64,000 bases of DNA, taken from NCBI RefSeq assembly GCF_032444005.1, contig NC_091287.1:134416001-134480000 (forward strand). Direction: 5' to 3'. Each line of letters starts with the position of its first letter. Position 1 is the first letter of the stretch. The notes under the pieces were generated by a model. The model saw only the letters and a program-made list of their open reading frames with translations. It was not told where the DNA came from and searched no databases. Made by a program: the position numbers and the translations under genes. The stretch is from Ranitomeya imitator (lineage: Eukaryota). Below, in pieces: positions 22,576 to 35,754 of this stretch.

Positions 22576-23556
22576 TTAATGCGGAACCGTTACACAATCA
22601 ACTTTTTTCGAGATTAATAAATAATAGAAATACCAGTGTCCCTTTATGTAGTAATAACTCTGCAATGCTTCAACATATCCCAGTGATTTTGAGACAGTTT
22701 TTTCGTGTCACTTTATACTTCAGGTTAGTGGTAAATTTAAATCGATATTTTTTGTATTAATTCGTGAAAATATTAGAATTCTCGTGAAAATTTAGCAATT
22801 TTCAAATGTTTAACTTTTATGCCTTTAAACCAGATATTTATTAACTATTTTGTGTGATTATAACTAACCTTTAGGAAGTTAGAAGGGCTAAAAGTTAAAC
22901 AGCAATTTCTTATTTTTACAACAACATTTGCAAAACCAATTTTTAAAGGGACCACATCACATTTGAAGTGACTTTGAGGAGCCCAGAAAGTACCGTATTT
23001 TTTGGGAATATAAGATGCACTTCCCCCTCCCCCCCCAAATTTGGGCATAAAATGGGGGTGCATCTTATCCGAAGGTAGCTCACCGAGGGGCTGGCTGTGG
23101 TTCAGCGGGGTCACTGGAGGCAGGGTCGTTTCTTCATGAGGCCGGCAGGTGATGTTGCGGGCCCCGGGCTGGGAGGAGAGGGTGTCCTGGCCTGTCCTGT
23201 GGGCCCTATGATGTCGGCAGTGAGCCAAGTCCCCTTTCCATTGATTTCCCAGCAGTGGGTTTTGAGAAAATGTCCACACGAGGCAGCGCATGCGCAGGTT
23301 GAGATCTCAGCAGACGCAGGGGCACATTTAGAAGATCCAAGCGTTTTTTTTTTTTTAAACACATCCAATTTTAGAACATATTATTCTTCCAAGGTCTGTT
23401 GATTAAAAGAAACTTTGTTTGTGGGACAGCCCATGTAATTTTCTTCCTGTATCTGCTCCATTAAACCAGTAAGACGAGATTTATACATTATTTCCTGCAG
23501 ATTGGCACCGGCATCCAATCAATAGCATTTTTGATGTGCAAGAAGGTTTCCTTTAA

Positions 23557-24084
23557 AGGGAATCTGTCACCCCAAAATTCGCCTATAAGCTAAGGCCACC
23601 GGCATCAGAGGCTTATCTACAGCATTCTGTAATGCTGTAGATAAGCCCCGATGTATTCTGAAAGATGAGAAAAACAAGTTAGATTATACTCACCCAGGTG
23701 CGGTCTGGTGCGGTTCGGGTCCGATGGGTGTCCCGGTCCGGTACGGCGCCTCCCATCTTCATGACGTCCTTCTTTTCTTCCTGCCGTGGCTCCTGCGCAG
23801 CGTACTTATCTGTCCTGTTGAGGGCAAAGTACTGCAGTGCGCAGGCGCCGGAAAGGTCAGAGGCCCAGCACCTGCGCACTGCAGTACTTTGCACTGCCCT
23901 CAACAGGGCAAATCAGTACGCCTGCGCAGGAGCAGCAGCAGGAAGACAAGAAGAGGATGTCATCATATGAAGATGGGAGGCGCCAGACCCGGCCCGTGAC
24001 ACCCATCGGACCCGAACTGCACCAAACCGCACCTAATGGCTGTGGCCTTCGCTTATAGGTGAATTTTGGGGTGACAGATTCCCT
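23557..24084. mobile_element. Kolobok/T2-type fold-back MITE, same family
   Basis: TTAA-AGGGAATCTGTCACCCC...GGGGTGACAGATTCCCT-TTAA. Confidence 0.9.
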
Positions 24085-24935
24085 TTAACTGAGTGAAAGT
24101 AAAACATAACTGAACAGATAATGCCGACTGATCCCCCCCATGAAATACATATAATGTTCAAACAATTAGAAATATATATTGTTATGGTATATGCAATTTA
24201 AATTCTACATCTATTCTTTTGGCTTCTTCTTTGTTTTGTTTTTTATTTTGCTGACTATTATAAATTACATTTTCAATTTGGTCAGTGACAAACAGTGCCA
24301 TGAAGCTTCAGGAACATGGCGGCGTTTCCTCCGAAATGTATTTCTTGATATCCGATTGAATGTCTTTTGCAGCTGTCTACCTACCTGGCAGTTTAGTTTT
24401 TTCTAGCAGAAGCTGCCTGGGGAATGGTCAGGTCACTTCTTTTACTAATTTCATGGCTTTTTAACATTGCTGCATACAAGTTTATGTTTTTTTTACAGCT
24501 TTTTTCAGACAAGTTTCAGGCGAAAGCCTCCTGAAAAAAAATATGTCATGTGTCATGGGCCCAAACCCTAAGGACACTGATCTGCAATACCAGACCAAAC
24601 CCATGGAGAAGAATGTTTTTTCTAATCCTGGACAACTCCTTTAATATAAGATTGGAATTCTCATAGTCAGACGAGGACATTGAGTCTATCAAGAAGAGTT
24701 CATATTTGCTGATGCATATTTGTAAGGCTTCTTTAAATAAGTCCAGAAGTTAAAATTGGACACGTTACATTTAGCACATATTAACACAGTCAGAAGCGGT
24801 TATGCAGCGCCGTCCAGGGTCGCTCAATCCCACATCTGGTCTCAGCAAGTTTGTGGCATATAAAGTCATTACTAGGCACAACTCAATTCCACTGCAAAAG
24901 TGAGCGGCACTGGATAGTGCAGGCAGTGTTTATAG

Positions 24936-26285
24936 CAGGGATGGGGAATCTCTTTTCTGCCAAGGGCCATTTGGATATTTATACCATCCTTCGGGGGCCG
25001 TACAAACTCCGCCCACAAAGTACATCCTGACCCTGGCACTGGTTTCAGGACGTAATCTTTCACTGTGTAAGGGGACGACGAGACAGCAGGTACCTACGTG
25101 CCGGGTCCGGAACTAGAGAGGCTGTATCCTCTGTTCCCAGGGGGAAGCGTTAGTACGGCAGACCTTCCCCTGCTGTCTGAGGGAAGCGCTAGTGAGGGGC
25201 ACCTTCCTGCTGACCAAGGGGGGCAGAGAAAGAGGAAAAAGAAGCACGAGCAGCAGAGCAATTTGGAGTGAAATGAGGGCAGCACACAGTCATGTGAGCA
25301 GTGCACTCCGCTCCCTGTCCCGACACAGCGTACCGGCGCTGCGAAAGGCCGTGCTGCAGCACAAGAGAGAAGCAGTGTGCCCTGCAGCAATCAGGAGCGT
25401 GTGCAGAGCCAGGAAGAGAAGTGCTCCATCCCAGGAGCATCAGCATCACACAGGCCTGCGTCCGCCGCCAGCAGTGGGGCTATAGAGCGAGAGGGACGTG
25501 CAGTGTGTGCCCGGTGGCTAATCAGGAGAAAGGCGCCGCACGCTAAGTGTCCGTGTGTACTGCACACGCGCCACATAAGAGGGACCGCATACAAGACTGA
25601 CACTTGCGCCCTGACTTTGATAGCGAATATTTGCCCAGACAATGGTGACCTGACTTCACCTGGAATATAATTGCAGAGCCATGTTGGGCTCGTACAGTAT
25701 TGTGGCTTGTACCCTTGTCAGCCACAGCAGTTTATGGACTAGGCCCAGTGGAAGGTACCGTGGTTCGACCACTGTCACCAGAAGACGGGGCATTGATGCC
25801 CCCAGGACTTTTCTGGAAAAGACACGGCGCCATTGAGTTCTCAGCAGGAGTTACAGTTGGCGGAACTCCTGACACAAGTGCTTCACAAGAACTGCCGTTA
25901 TCTGAACCGTCCTTCTACTTACAATATCCTTTGCCATCTAAACTGTTGAATCCCGTTTAACCCTTTACCTCCCAACATCCTTTTCCCTTTATACGGTTTA
26001 ACCCTTTACCTCCCTGCGTGGCGTATTCCCCTGTTAATAAACTTGTTAACCCTTGCTCTGCCTCCTGTCTGTCACTGCATCCCGCAACCTGCTTTCAATT
26101 GCATGTTATTTAGTAGTGAACACTGCATGTGTGTGCTAACAGAGCAAGAAGAAATTAATGAGCTGGTTGTTGTCAAAATACACCTCCTTGCCCAAGAATG
26201 TGGTCCCTGAGAATCTGCCTGGGGGCCTGATAAAAGGTCATCGAGGGCCGTAAATGGCCCTGGGGCCTGAGGTTCCCCACCTCTG
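24936..26285. mobile_element. hAT (Charlie-like) non-autonomous element containing an LTR
   Basis: CAGGGATGGGGAA...TTCCCCACCTCTG; flanks GTTTATAG/GTTTAGAT (degenerate 8-bp TSD). Confidence 0.7.
25066..26090 (+). mobile_element. Solo-LTR-like insertion (about 1 kb)
   Basis: Starts TGTAAGGGG; AATAAA near 26036 followed by a U5-like tail; interrupts the hAT element; 3' CA end and TSD not resolved. Confidence 0.55.
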
Positions 26286-27541
26286 GTTTAGATTGAATCC
26301 ATCAGCCATTTTTTTTATATGTAACATGAATACTGCAGGAGATAGAGCCTGAAACACAGATTTTAATGATGTGTCACTTTTTTGGGCTGTGTGCTGTTTA
26401 CTTACAGTGAAGGTTTTATCTCCATGACATTACCACTGCCAGGACTGGGGCTCCTGTGAGCACAGGTCTGACCACGCCCCTCCTCTGATAAGCAGCTCAC
26501 TGTCAATAGATATTCTACACAGAAGGCTGATGTGTGGGAAGGGTTAGTTTTCTGAGCACTGCTACTGTACATCGAAAAACTCTGGTTGTGTCACAACTGC
26601 TGCACCCAGAAAACTAAGTAATACATTGTTGAAATCGGGGTCTCTTTTTCTACAACATGTTGCTCTCAGATGAGGTAGCAAAAACCTACTAACAGATTCT
26701 CTTTAAAGGTATAGTTTTGGTAAAATCATTGTTTCATTAGCAAGAAGTTATCACTAGAGGCCTAAGTAAACTTGCTACCATGTAGTCCTACATATTCATG
26801 AGGTCTGTATAACCCTGCCCACACCGCTAATTAACAACTTTCTGTATACACTGTGCATAGGCAGAAAACTGCCAATTCGTTGCAGGGGTGGGGTTACACA
26901 GAGCTCACGAATATGGAGGACTACCTGGCACCACGGTTACTAGTCCTCTAGTAATAAGCTCTTGCTGATATGTTCACTGAACCATGAGGATTAATTGCAT
27001 CCAATACATTTTTATTGATGGAATTTCTCTTGCAGGTACTAGCGTCACCGCAAGAGAGATTGACATGCTGCCATCCTGAAAGACGTGCCACATGACAGTG
27101 CCCGCGGGTGATCAGCAGGCGCACTGGCACTATGCTGTAACATCTGGCCGCTGTGGGTTTGACACTGCATAAATACACACAGTCAAACCCGCAACAATTC
27201 CTGACTGTGGGCACCCGGCCTAAAGTGTGCCGCCGAGTAAGCAGATGTGCTGAGCTCCTGCACAGAGTTTTGTACAGGCTCATCAGAAAGTCTTTCCTCA
27301 TGTTAGTCCAACCTCACAATCCCCGAGCAGAGCCGCGTCAGAAAGAAGCACAAGTCCAGCATGTGCACATGCACGCCACTCATTCTCTTTTGGGCTGCAA
27401 TAAATAGCTGTGCACATTCTTGAAGAATACGAGCACATGCTTGATATCAGCTCCATTCAGATGAGGCTCTGCAAAGCCCCATTCTGGGGATCATAGTCAT
27501 AAATAAATGATCTCCAATCTTAATGAAAGGGGATAAGTTAA

Positions 27542-27725
27542 AGGGACTCTGTCACCTGAATCTTGCCTTGCGCAGGCGTGTACTATGGAGGACAGAGAAT
27601 GAACTTCAATCCAATACTGCAGCCAGCATGCAGCCAGCGGGTAAGGAAAGGGTGAATCAAACACCCGAAAACCCCGCCCCTATGGCTGAAGATTGTTCCC
27701 TCCAAATTCAGGTGACAGAGTCCCT
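27542..27725. mobile_element. Kolobok/T2-type MITE, internally deleted version of 48171-48487
   Basis: TTAA-AGGGACTCTGTCACCTGAA...TTCAGGTGACAGAGTCCCT-TTAA; most of the left arm is missing. Confidence 0.85.
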
Positions 27726-27981
27726 TTAATTTAGGGGTTTTCAAAAAAAAAAAAAAGAAGCAGTTGGATTTCAAATGTCATCCCATTTATGACCAGGTAC
27801 ACTTACTGGAAGCTGACACTATGACGTAGCAGACTGCGTCCGGGTGTCTGTCTCCGGTAGGCATATACACTCTAAAGAAATGTACGTCAGAGCACAAGTT
27901 CACTCTGCCAGCAGCATTACAGTCGATGGCCCCATCGGCGCATACACCCGAATCCAGTTTTGCAGGGGATTCAGACGTAAG

Positions 27982-28280
27982 TGTCACGAGATGGGTCACA
28001 TCCCCTAGAAGACCTGGAGTTAGACGGTCACGTCGGGTAATGAATCGCAGGTCTTCTTTAGTGAGTTTGTGATTTGTGTCCCATATTAAATGGATTTAGT
28101 TTCCTCTGGTGCTGAAGAGGTTATTGACCCACTCTATGCTGGTCAGAAACATGCAGCTCCATTTCAGCTGCTTCTGATCTGGTCATTTCCTCTTCATTCA
28201 TACTCACTAAAGTTACTGATTTTGACAAATTATTTTTGCATGGAGAGCCTATGTGTTGTGACGGTCACACAGCCGTGACA
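27982..28280 (+). mobile_element. Internally deleted LTR-like element
   Basis: TGTCACG...CGTGACA termini; similar to 10185/10986 onward; no TSD. Confidence 0.5.
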
Positions 28281-28914
28281 AATGCAGCTGCGGCGCGGAA
28301 CAGCTGATTATTGGGAGCGCTCAAGGTATCCGGGTTTACGATGCAGCTAATTGGTTAGTGCTATAGCTATTCGGATAAAGTGTTATCCAAAGTCATTCGC
28401 TCATCCCTAGTAATGTTTACCTTTCAGATTTTCGCTTTCTCTCATAAGGATCATATTGTAAAAATGCACAGAGATGGGCCCAAAGTAGTGCAATGAAAAC
28501 ATCAGATTTGTTTTAGGTGTGGCAGAATTTTAGCTGAATAAGCAAATCTTCACATATGTTAATGTAATATATAAACTTGGATAAATATAGTGTCAGTATT
28601 GCCAATATAAACTCATCACATCACCATCTCCATTTTCATCCCGGCCATTGGCACATTGCGTTGAGCTATTTTTGTTCAGACACTAAACGTTAAGCTCACT
28701 GGCTGTTGTGTAGATGACAAGAAAAGTATGCTGCCCCCTGGCAATCTGTGCCAATGCCTGCTCAATGTCAGACTAATGAATAGGAGATGCCAAGAAGCAC
28801 TCAGAGGTCAGGAGTTGCCAGCACATTCTACAGCACAGAGGACGCAGGCTAATTATTGAGTGACTTTATGCAAGGTCACCTGTTTATCTTTTTCTCACAC
28901 TTCAGCATAACTGA

Positions 28915-29329
28915 GGGTACCGTCACACAGTAGCATTTTGATCGCTACGATGGCACGATCCGGGACGTTCCAGCGATATATCTGTGACGTTCCAGCGATC
29001 TTGCTGTGTCTGACACGCTCCTGCGATCAGGGACCCCGCTGAGAATCGTACGTCGTAGCAGATCGTTTGAAACGTTCTTTCGTCGTCTAGTGTCCCGCTG
29101 TGGCGGCATGATCGCATGGTGTAACAAAGGTGTGCACGATATTGTATACGATGTGCGCATAGTAACCAACGGCTTCTACATCGCACATACGTCATGAAAT
29201 GATCGCTCCAGCGTCGTACATTGCAAAGTGTGACAGCAGTCTACGACGCTGGAGCGATATTGTTACGATGCTGGAGCGTCACGGATCGTGCTGTCGTAGC
29301 GATCAAAATGCCACTGTGTGACGGTACCC
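28915..29329. mobile_element. Harbinger-type MITE (CGAT/ATCG-rich)
   Basis: GGGTACCGTCACACAGT...ACTGTGTGACGGTACCC; TGA TSD at 28912-28914 and 29330-29332. Confidence 0.9.
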
Positions 29330-30033
29330 TGAGAATGTGAGAAATGCAGAAAAAAAACACATGTTTTACATAAAAAAATTCAATGGGTTGTCCGGTCTGT
29401 CTATACAATCTGCAGTCGTTCTACGCGACTGCAGACGTCTCAATCCTCACAGCGTGCGCACCTTGTGCAGTCAGTATTCTCCGCTGTTGACTGCGAAGTT
29501 TGCGATTTGCTTACTTCCAGCCACAGTCCAACTAGACTTGCCCAATCAATTTGTATAGAGAGAAGGGTGAGCATGGCTAAACCGGCACGTGGCCGCATGT
29601 ATGACTCCAGACAGTGTGAGGTGCGCACGCTGTAAAAATCCACAAGCCTGCAGTGACATCGGCAGATTTCATAAAAAAACACCGGACAACGCCTATAGCA
29701 TTTTCTGACAAAAGATTTACGGCAGGTTATGCTCCCAAATGCATGAAACTCGGCTTTCTTTCCTGCAGCAGTTCCTCTGCAGGTGGTCTGCACCAAAAAA
29801 CACATTACAATCTGCTCGGGTTATTGCATTTTTGCTAGGCATTGTAAGGGAATTTCCTATTTTCTGTTGCAAAAAATGCCGGATACGGGCATGTACCATG
29901 ACCACTTATTGCTATAGGCCATCTTATCTTTCATGACACAAAACAAGGTTTTTGTAACCCCAGTTACGGTACATGCCCTTCACAGCAGTCAAAGAACAAG
30001 AATATTAACATGGAAAAGTCAGTGAATTAATAG

Positions 30034-31579
30034 CATCGGCTGTGGAGTCGGAGTTGGAGTTAGTTTTGGTTGTAGTCGGAGTCGGTAGAAATGTACCGAC
30101 TCCAGCTTTAAAAAAAATGTATTAATATTTCATAATTGAACTTTCATATGAATTTCATAAATGTTACTCAAATATATATATGTTCTATCAAACTATGAAC
30201 AACAGGGATAAGCAGTTCTGCTGGAGATAGAGACATTTCTTAAGGTACCTTCACACAGAGCAACTTTCCAACGATCACGACCCGCGATAAGACCTGGGCG
30301 TGATCGTTGGTAAGTCGTTGTGTGGTCGCTGGAGAGCTGTCACACAGACAGTTCTCCAGCGACCAACGATGCCGAAGTCCCCGGGTAACCAGGGTAAACA
30401 TCAGGTTACTAAGCGCAGGGCCGGCCGTAAAGCAGAGCACAGCGGTGACGTCACCGCTGTGCTTTACGGCCGGCGCTCACAGTCAGTGCAGGAAGCTGAC
30501 GGCGGGGGACGTGACAGACACCGGAATGTAAGTATGTAGTGTTTTTTTTTTTTTTTTTTACTTTTACAATGGTAACCAGGGTAAATATCGGGTTACTAAG
30601 CGTGGCCCTGCACTTAATAACCTGATATTTACCCTGGTTACAAGTGAACACATCGCTGGATCGGCGTCACACACGCCGATCCAGCGATGACAGCAGGCGA
30701 TCCAGCGACTAAATAAAGTTCTGGCCTTCTAGCTCCGACCAGCGATGTCACAGCAGGATCCTGATCGCTGCTGCGTGTCAAACACAACGAGATCGCTATC
30801 CAGGACGCTGCAACGTCACGGATCGCTATCGTTATCGTTCAAAAGTTGCTCAGTGTGAAGGCACCTTTACTTCTTGTGTGTCACTGTTCTCCAGTGCCCT
30901 TATCTAATCTTATACTTGGTTAACCTCATGTTGCCCCAATCCCCCTACTTACAATGTATGAAACTGAAAGTGAAAATGTGTTGCAAATTCTTAGTAGTAA
31001 AGCTCCTCCTCTAGACTAGATGTTTGGGGTGCCTCTTCCAAGCATCTCACAGCTGCTACTCAGAAGAGGAAGACTGTAAGAAGTATTATCCTTTCAACAA
31101 ACTTTGCATCAGTTAACTGCGAGTACATGAGGAATAACAGTATCACTGAGCACTATATCAGTTTTACGACCTGGCAATAATTTTGTACAATTGTTTTTAG
31201 GAAAAACAATTGTTATTTGGATTGTGAATGCAGAATTAAAAACCTGAGAATGTCATCAAAGAAGCGTCACATTAAATCAGCTGTATTTGAACATTTCACC
31301 ATCACTCAAGATAGAAAACATTATGTCTGACAGTGTATAGATTTCTTCTTATTAACTGCATAACAGTTTATTGCATATTTACTTACAAGAGTTTAGAAAA
31401 GTTTATAAAAGTTATTTGCTATATTCTAATTGTATTCTAATAAATATAGTTTTTGCTCTAAGTGGTCTGATTACTTATATGATGGTGAGAAACTGAATAA
31501 GCACGATGTTAATATCTGACAACAGTAAATTTATTGTTACAAATTGGCCACAAATTGGCTTACAGACTCCACAGCCCTG
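30034..31579. mobile_element. Probable hAT non-autonomous element (GGAGTCGG family)
   Basis: GGCTGTGGAGTCGG start and GACTCCACAGCCCTG end; no TSD match. Confidence 0.45.
30243..30866. mobile_element. Harbinger-type MITE, AGGTAC family
   Basis: AGGTACCTTCACAC...GTGTGAAGGCACCT; TTA TSD. Confidence 0.9.
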
Positions 31580-31783
31580 CTCAGAGGGCTAATCCCCATA
31601 TAAATGCTCAGCACATCAAACTGCGCACACAAAGCAGAAATCTGAATTTCTGTACCTATAAGATAAATTTAAGGGAACCTGTCAGCTCGTTATTGGCCAT
31701 TAACCCCTTAGTGACAGAGCCAACTTGGTACTTAATGACGGAGCCAATTTTTACAATTCAGACCACTGTCACTTTATGTAGTT

Positions 31784-32750
31784 ACTAGATGGTGGCCCGA
31801 TTCTAACGCATCGGGTATTCTAGAATATGCATGTCCACGTAGTATATTGCCCAGCGACGTAGTATATTGCCCAGCGACGTAGTATATTGCCCAGCGACGT
31901 AGTATATTGCCCAGCGACGTAGTATATTGCCCAGCCACGTAGTATATTGCCCAGCCACGTAGTATATTGCCCAGTCACGTAGTATATAGCAGAGCTACGT
32001 AGTATTTTGCCCAGTCACGTACTATATTGCCCAGTGACGGAGTATATTGTCCAGCCACATAGTATATTGCCCAGCCACGTAGTATATTGCCCAGGACAGA
32101 GCCACGTAGTATAGAGACTTAAAAAAATAAATAAACATATACTCACCTATAGCCTGTTGAAGTCCTGCTATACTCACCATCCGCCGCCTTTTCCGCTCCT
32201 CGCGACGCTCCATTGCAAGCAGCAGCTTCCGGTCCCAGGGCTGGTGTGAGCAGGACCTAAGATGACGTCGTGGTCACATGACTGTGACGTCACGGCAGGT
32301 CCTTGTCGCACACCAGCCCTGGGACTGGAAGCTGCCGCTTGCAATGGAGCGGTCCTGGGAGCGTCGTGAGGAGCGGATAAGGCGGCGGATGGTGAGTATA
32401 GCAGGTTTTTTGTTTTTTTTAATTATTTTTAACATGACATTTTTACTATTGATGCTGCATAGGCAGCATCAATAGTAAATAGTTGGGGACACACAGGGAT
32501 AATAGCAGCGGTAACGGAGTGCGTTACCGCTGCCATTAACCCTGTGTGAGCGATGAGTGGAGGGGATTATGGAGCGGGCGCCGGGCAGTGAGTGCAGGGG
32601 AGTAGGGGAGGGACTAATGGGACTGTGCCCGTCACTGCTTGGTCGCGGAAGTCATGACAGGCAGCTGCCGAGACCAATCAGCGAATGAATAACCGTGACA
32701 GAAGGACAGACAGACAGATGGAAGTGAACCTTGAACAATTATGTATATAG
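31784..32750 (+). mobile_element. Helitron-like (rolling-circle) non-autonomous element with internal 20-bp tandem array
   Basis: ACTAG...TATATAG ends. Removing it restores GTTATAAG, matching the uninterrupted paralog at 22650 (GTAATAAC), so there is no TSD. ACGTAGTATATTGCCCAGCC-type repeats at about 31835-32110. Confidence 0.7.
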
Positions 32751-33571
32751 ATAAGTCTTGAACGCTTCAACGTATCACAGTGATTCTGAGACTATTTTTT
32801 CGTGACATATTGTACTTCATGTTAGTGGTAAAATTTATTTGATATGACTTGCGTTTATTTCTGAAAAAAAAAAAAATTGCAATTTTCAAACTTTTAATTT
32901 TTATGCCCTTAAATCAGAGAGAGATGTCACACAAAATAGTTAATGAATTACATTTCCCATGTGTCTTCTTTACATCAGCACAATTTTGGAAACATAATTT
33001 TTTGGTTAGGACGTTATAAGGGTTAAAAGTTGACCAGCGATTTCTAATTTTTCCTACAAAATTTACAAAACTATTTTTTTATGGACCACATCACATTTGA
33101 AGTGAGTTTGGGGGGAGTCAATATAACAGAAAATACCAGAAAATACCCCAAAGTTATACCATTCTAAAAACTGCACCCATCAAGGTGCACAAAACCACAC
33201 AAGAAGTTTATTAACCCTTCAGGTGCTTCACGAGAACTAAAGCAATGTGGAAGGAAAAAAAATGAACATTTTACTTTTTTCACAAAAAAAAAAAAAAAAT
33301 ACATTGGAACCAAACTGTTTTTTTATTTTCACAAGGGTATCAGGAGAAAATGGACCACAAAATTTGTTATGCAATTTCTACTGAGTACGCCAATACCCCC
33401 TATGTGGGGGAAAGCCACTATTTGAGTGCATGGCAGGGCTCAAAAGGGAGGGAGCACCGTTTGACTTTTTGAACGCAAATTTGGCTGGAATCAATGGTGG
33501 TGCCATGTCACTTTGGAGACCCCCTGATGTACCTAAACAGTGGAACCCCCCAATTCTAACTCCAACACACT

Positions 33572-33775
33572 CCTAACCCTAATCCCAACCCTAACACCAA
33601 CACACCCCTAACCCTAATCCCAATCCTAACCCCAACACACCCCTAACCCCAACCCTAACCCTAACACACCCCTAAAACTAATCACAACCCTAACTGTAAT
33701 CCCAACCATAACTATAACCCTAACTTTAGCCCAACCCTAACCCTAGCTCCAACCCTAACTTTAGCCCAACCCTAA
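33572..33775. repeat. Degenerate (CCCTAA)n telomere-like tract inside the piggyBac-like element
   Basis: Multiple CCCTAA/CCCAAC/CCCTAAT variants. Confidence 0.85.
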
Positions 33776-34579
33776 TGGAAATAAATACATTTTTTCAATT
33801 GCACTATTTTACCTAACTAAGGGGGTGAAAAGGGGGGTTTGATTTACTATTTTTTTTTTTTAGACAGAACCTATCACAGTGATCAAAACCAACAAATAGG
33901 AAAAATTTCCCATTGTTGCCGGGTGCTGGCCGGCAGATCTCGGCACCCGCCATTTTCTTCCCGGAAGAAGACGCCACCGGACGGGGGATCCATTTTTCTC
34001 TACCTCTGACGTGCGATCACATCAGAAAAAAAGAAATTAAATGGGAAATCAGACTTTTTTTTTGCGGTCGCCGTCATTCTGTTAATAATAGCGATCACAA
34101 CACTGGGGTCGGTAAAAAACAACCGGAATCATGTTCTCGGGGGTCTCAGCTACCCCCGGTAGCCAAGACCCCAGAGAAATTCCGACGCTAGGGAGGCGCT
34201 ATACACTTATTTTTCAGTGCCGTTAAAAAGTGTCCTGAGGAATAACTACCCTTAACTGCCGCCATTAAAAAGGTATAAAAGCGGTTAAGGGGTTAAACTG
34301 GCCCCAGTGTGGTGTTCGTGATGCAAAGTGCATCACTAACATGTTTTTATCAAAGAAAAGCTCCAAGTATATTTAAAAACCAGATGTGTGCATGTGCGGA
34401 GCGCAGAGTGGAGTAGCCACTGACTCAGAGCAGCGCCGGCGCATGCACACATCTGACATGAAGCTGGGGCTGATGGGCACACGCAGGATTTCCTACATGG
34501 TTGCCATGATGTCAGGCCAATCCCAATTACCTAGAAAGCTCCCAGGCTTTCTAGGAAAGTTCCCACGATCTATGAACAT

Positions 34580-35754
34580 CCAGCAGAGGGCGCCTCACCG
34601 CAAATGAAGCTAAATATAGCTCATTGATCTATATTTAGACTCATTCCCCGGGGTTTTGCAGCGAGGAGTAGCATTGCATTAGCAAAGCTCCTTGCTGCAA
34701 AATGTTTTAACCCCTTCAGAAGGATTTACATCGTTGGACGTTACAGATCTGCGGAGGGTAAGGATATTGTTGGTTTATTATGTTTTTTTACTTACAGAAC
34801 GAGGGTCTTCAGTGACTAGATTGGGCGTAGAATAAAATACTCCAACAACCATTGTTTTTATTTCATTAAAATAATTTTAAATAATGTGTTTGTGTTTTAT
34901 TTAACCCTTTACTACAATTGGATTAATAATGGATAGGTGTCATAATTGACGCCTCTCCATTATTAATTAGGCTTAATGTCACCTTACAATAGCAAGGTGG
35001 CATTAACCCTTCATTACCCCATATCCCACCGCTACACGGGAATGGGAAGAGAGTGGCCAAGTGCCAGAATAGGCGCATCTTCCAGATGTGCCTTTTCTGG
35101 GGTGGCTGGGGGCAGATATTTTTAGCCAGGGGGGGGCCAATAATCATGGACCCTCTCCAGGCTATTAATATCTGCCCTCAGTCACTGGCTTTACTACTCT
35201 GGCGGAGAAAATTGCGCGGGAGCCCACGCCAATTTTTTCCGCCATTTAACCCTTTATTTTAAGAGCTAGAACGGCCAAATTTTGCAGATACACTCTACTG
35301 ACATTAGTAGTGTGGAATCTGCAAAAAAAATGGAGAGAAGACATGGTTTACTGTATGTAAACCATGTCTCAAATCATGTCGGGTTTTAGGAAGGAGAAGG
35401 AAAAAGCCGGTAATTGAATTACCGGCTTTCAAGCTGTATAGCGCTGGAAAAAATAGTAATATATATACATATATGTGTCTACTGACATATAATATATATA
35501 TATAGTATATATATATTTTTTTTCTTTTTGGGACACATGGATCATTTCTATAGCGGTATGTTGGTTTTGCAAGCCTGCGAGAAAACCACGCAGTACGGAT
35601 GCCATACGGATTACATACGGAGGATGCCATGCGCAAAAAACGCTGACACACCCTGCCTACGGAGGAGCTACGGACCACTATTTTCGGGACATTTCAGCGT
35701 ATTACGGCAGTAATATACGGACCGTATTTTCATACGCTGAGTGTGAAGCCGGCC
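34580..35754. mobile_element. Right part of a long Harbinger-type non-autonomous element
   Basis: Ends GAGTGTGAAGCCGGCC (Harbinger-type TIR); left end not found. Confidence 0.5.

Larger units (their letters stand above)
31704..34292. mobile_element. piggyBac-like non-autonomous element
   Basis: TTAA-CCCCTT...AAGGGG-TTAA (31700-31703, 34293-34296); paralogous fragments at about 22580-23000, 60505-60785 and 63440-63752. Confidence 0.75.

Noticed and set aside
33572-33775. True telomere or chromosome fusion site
   Set aside because: Short, degenerate, single orientation, and internal to a TIR element.
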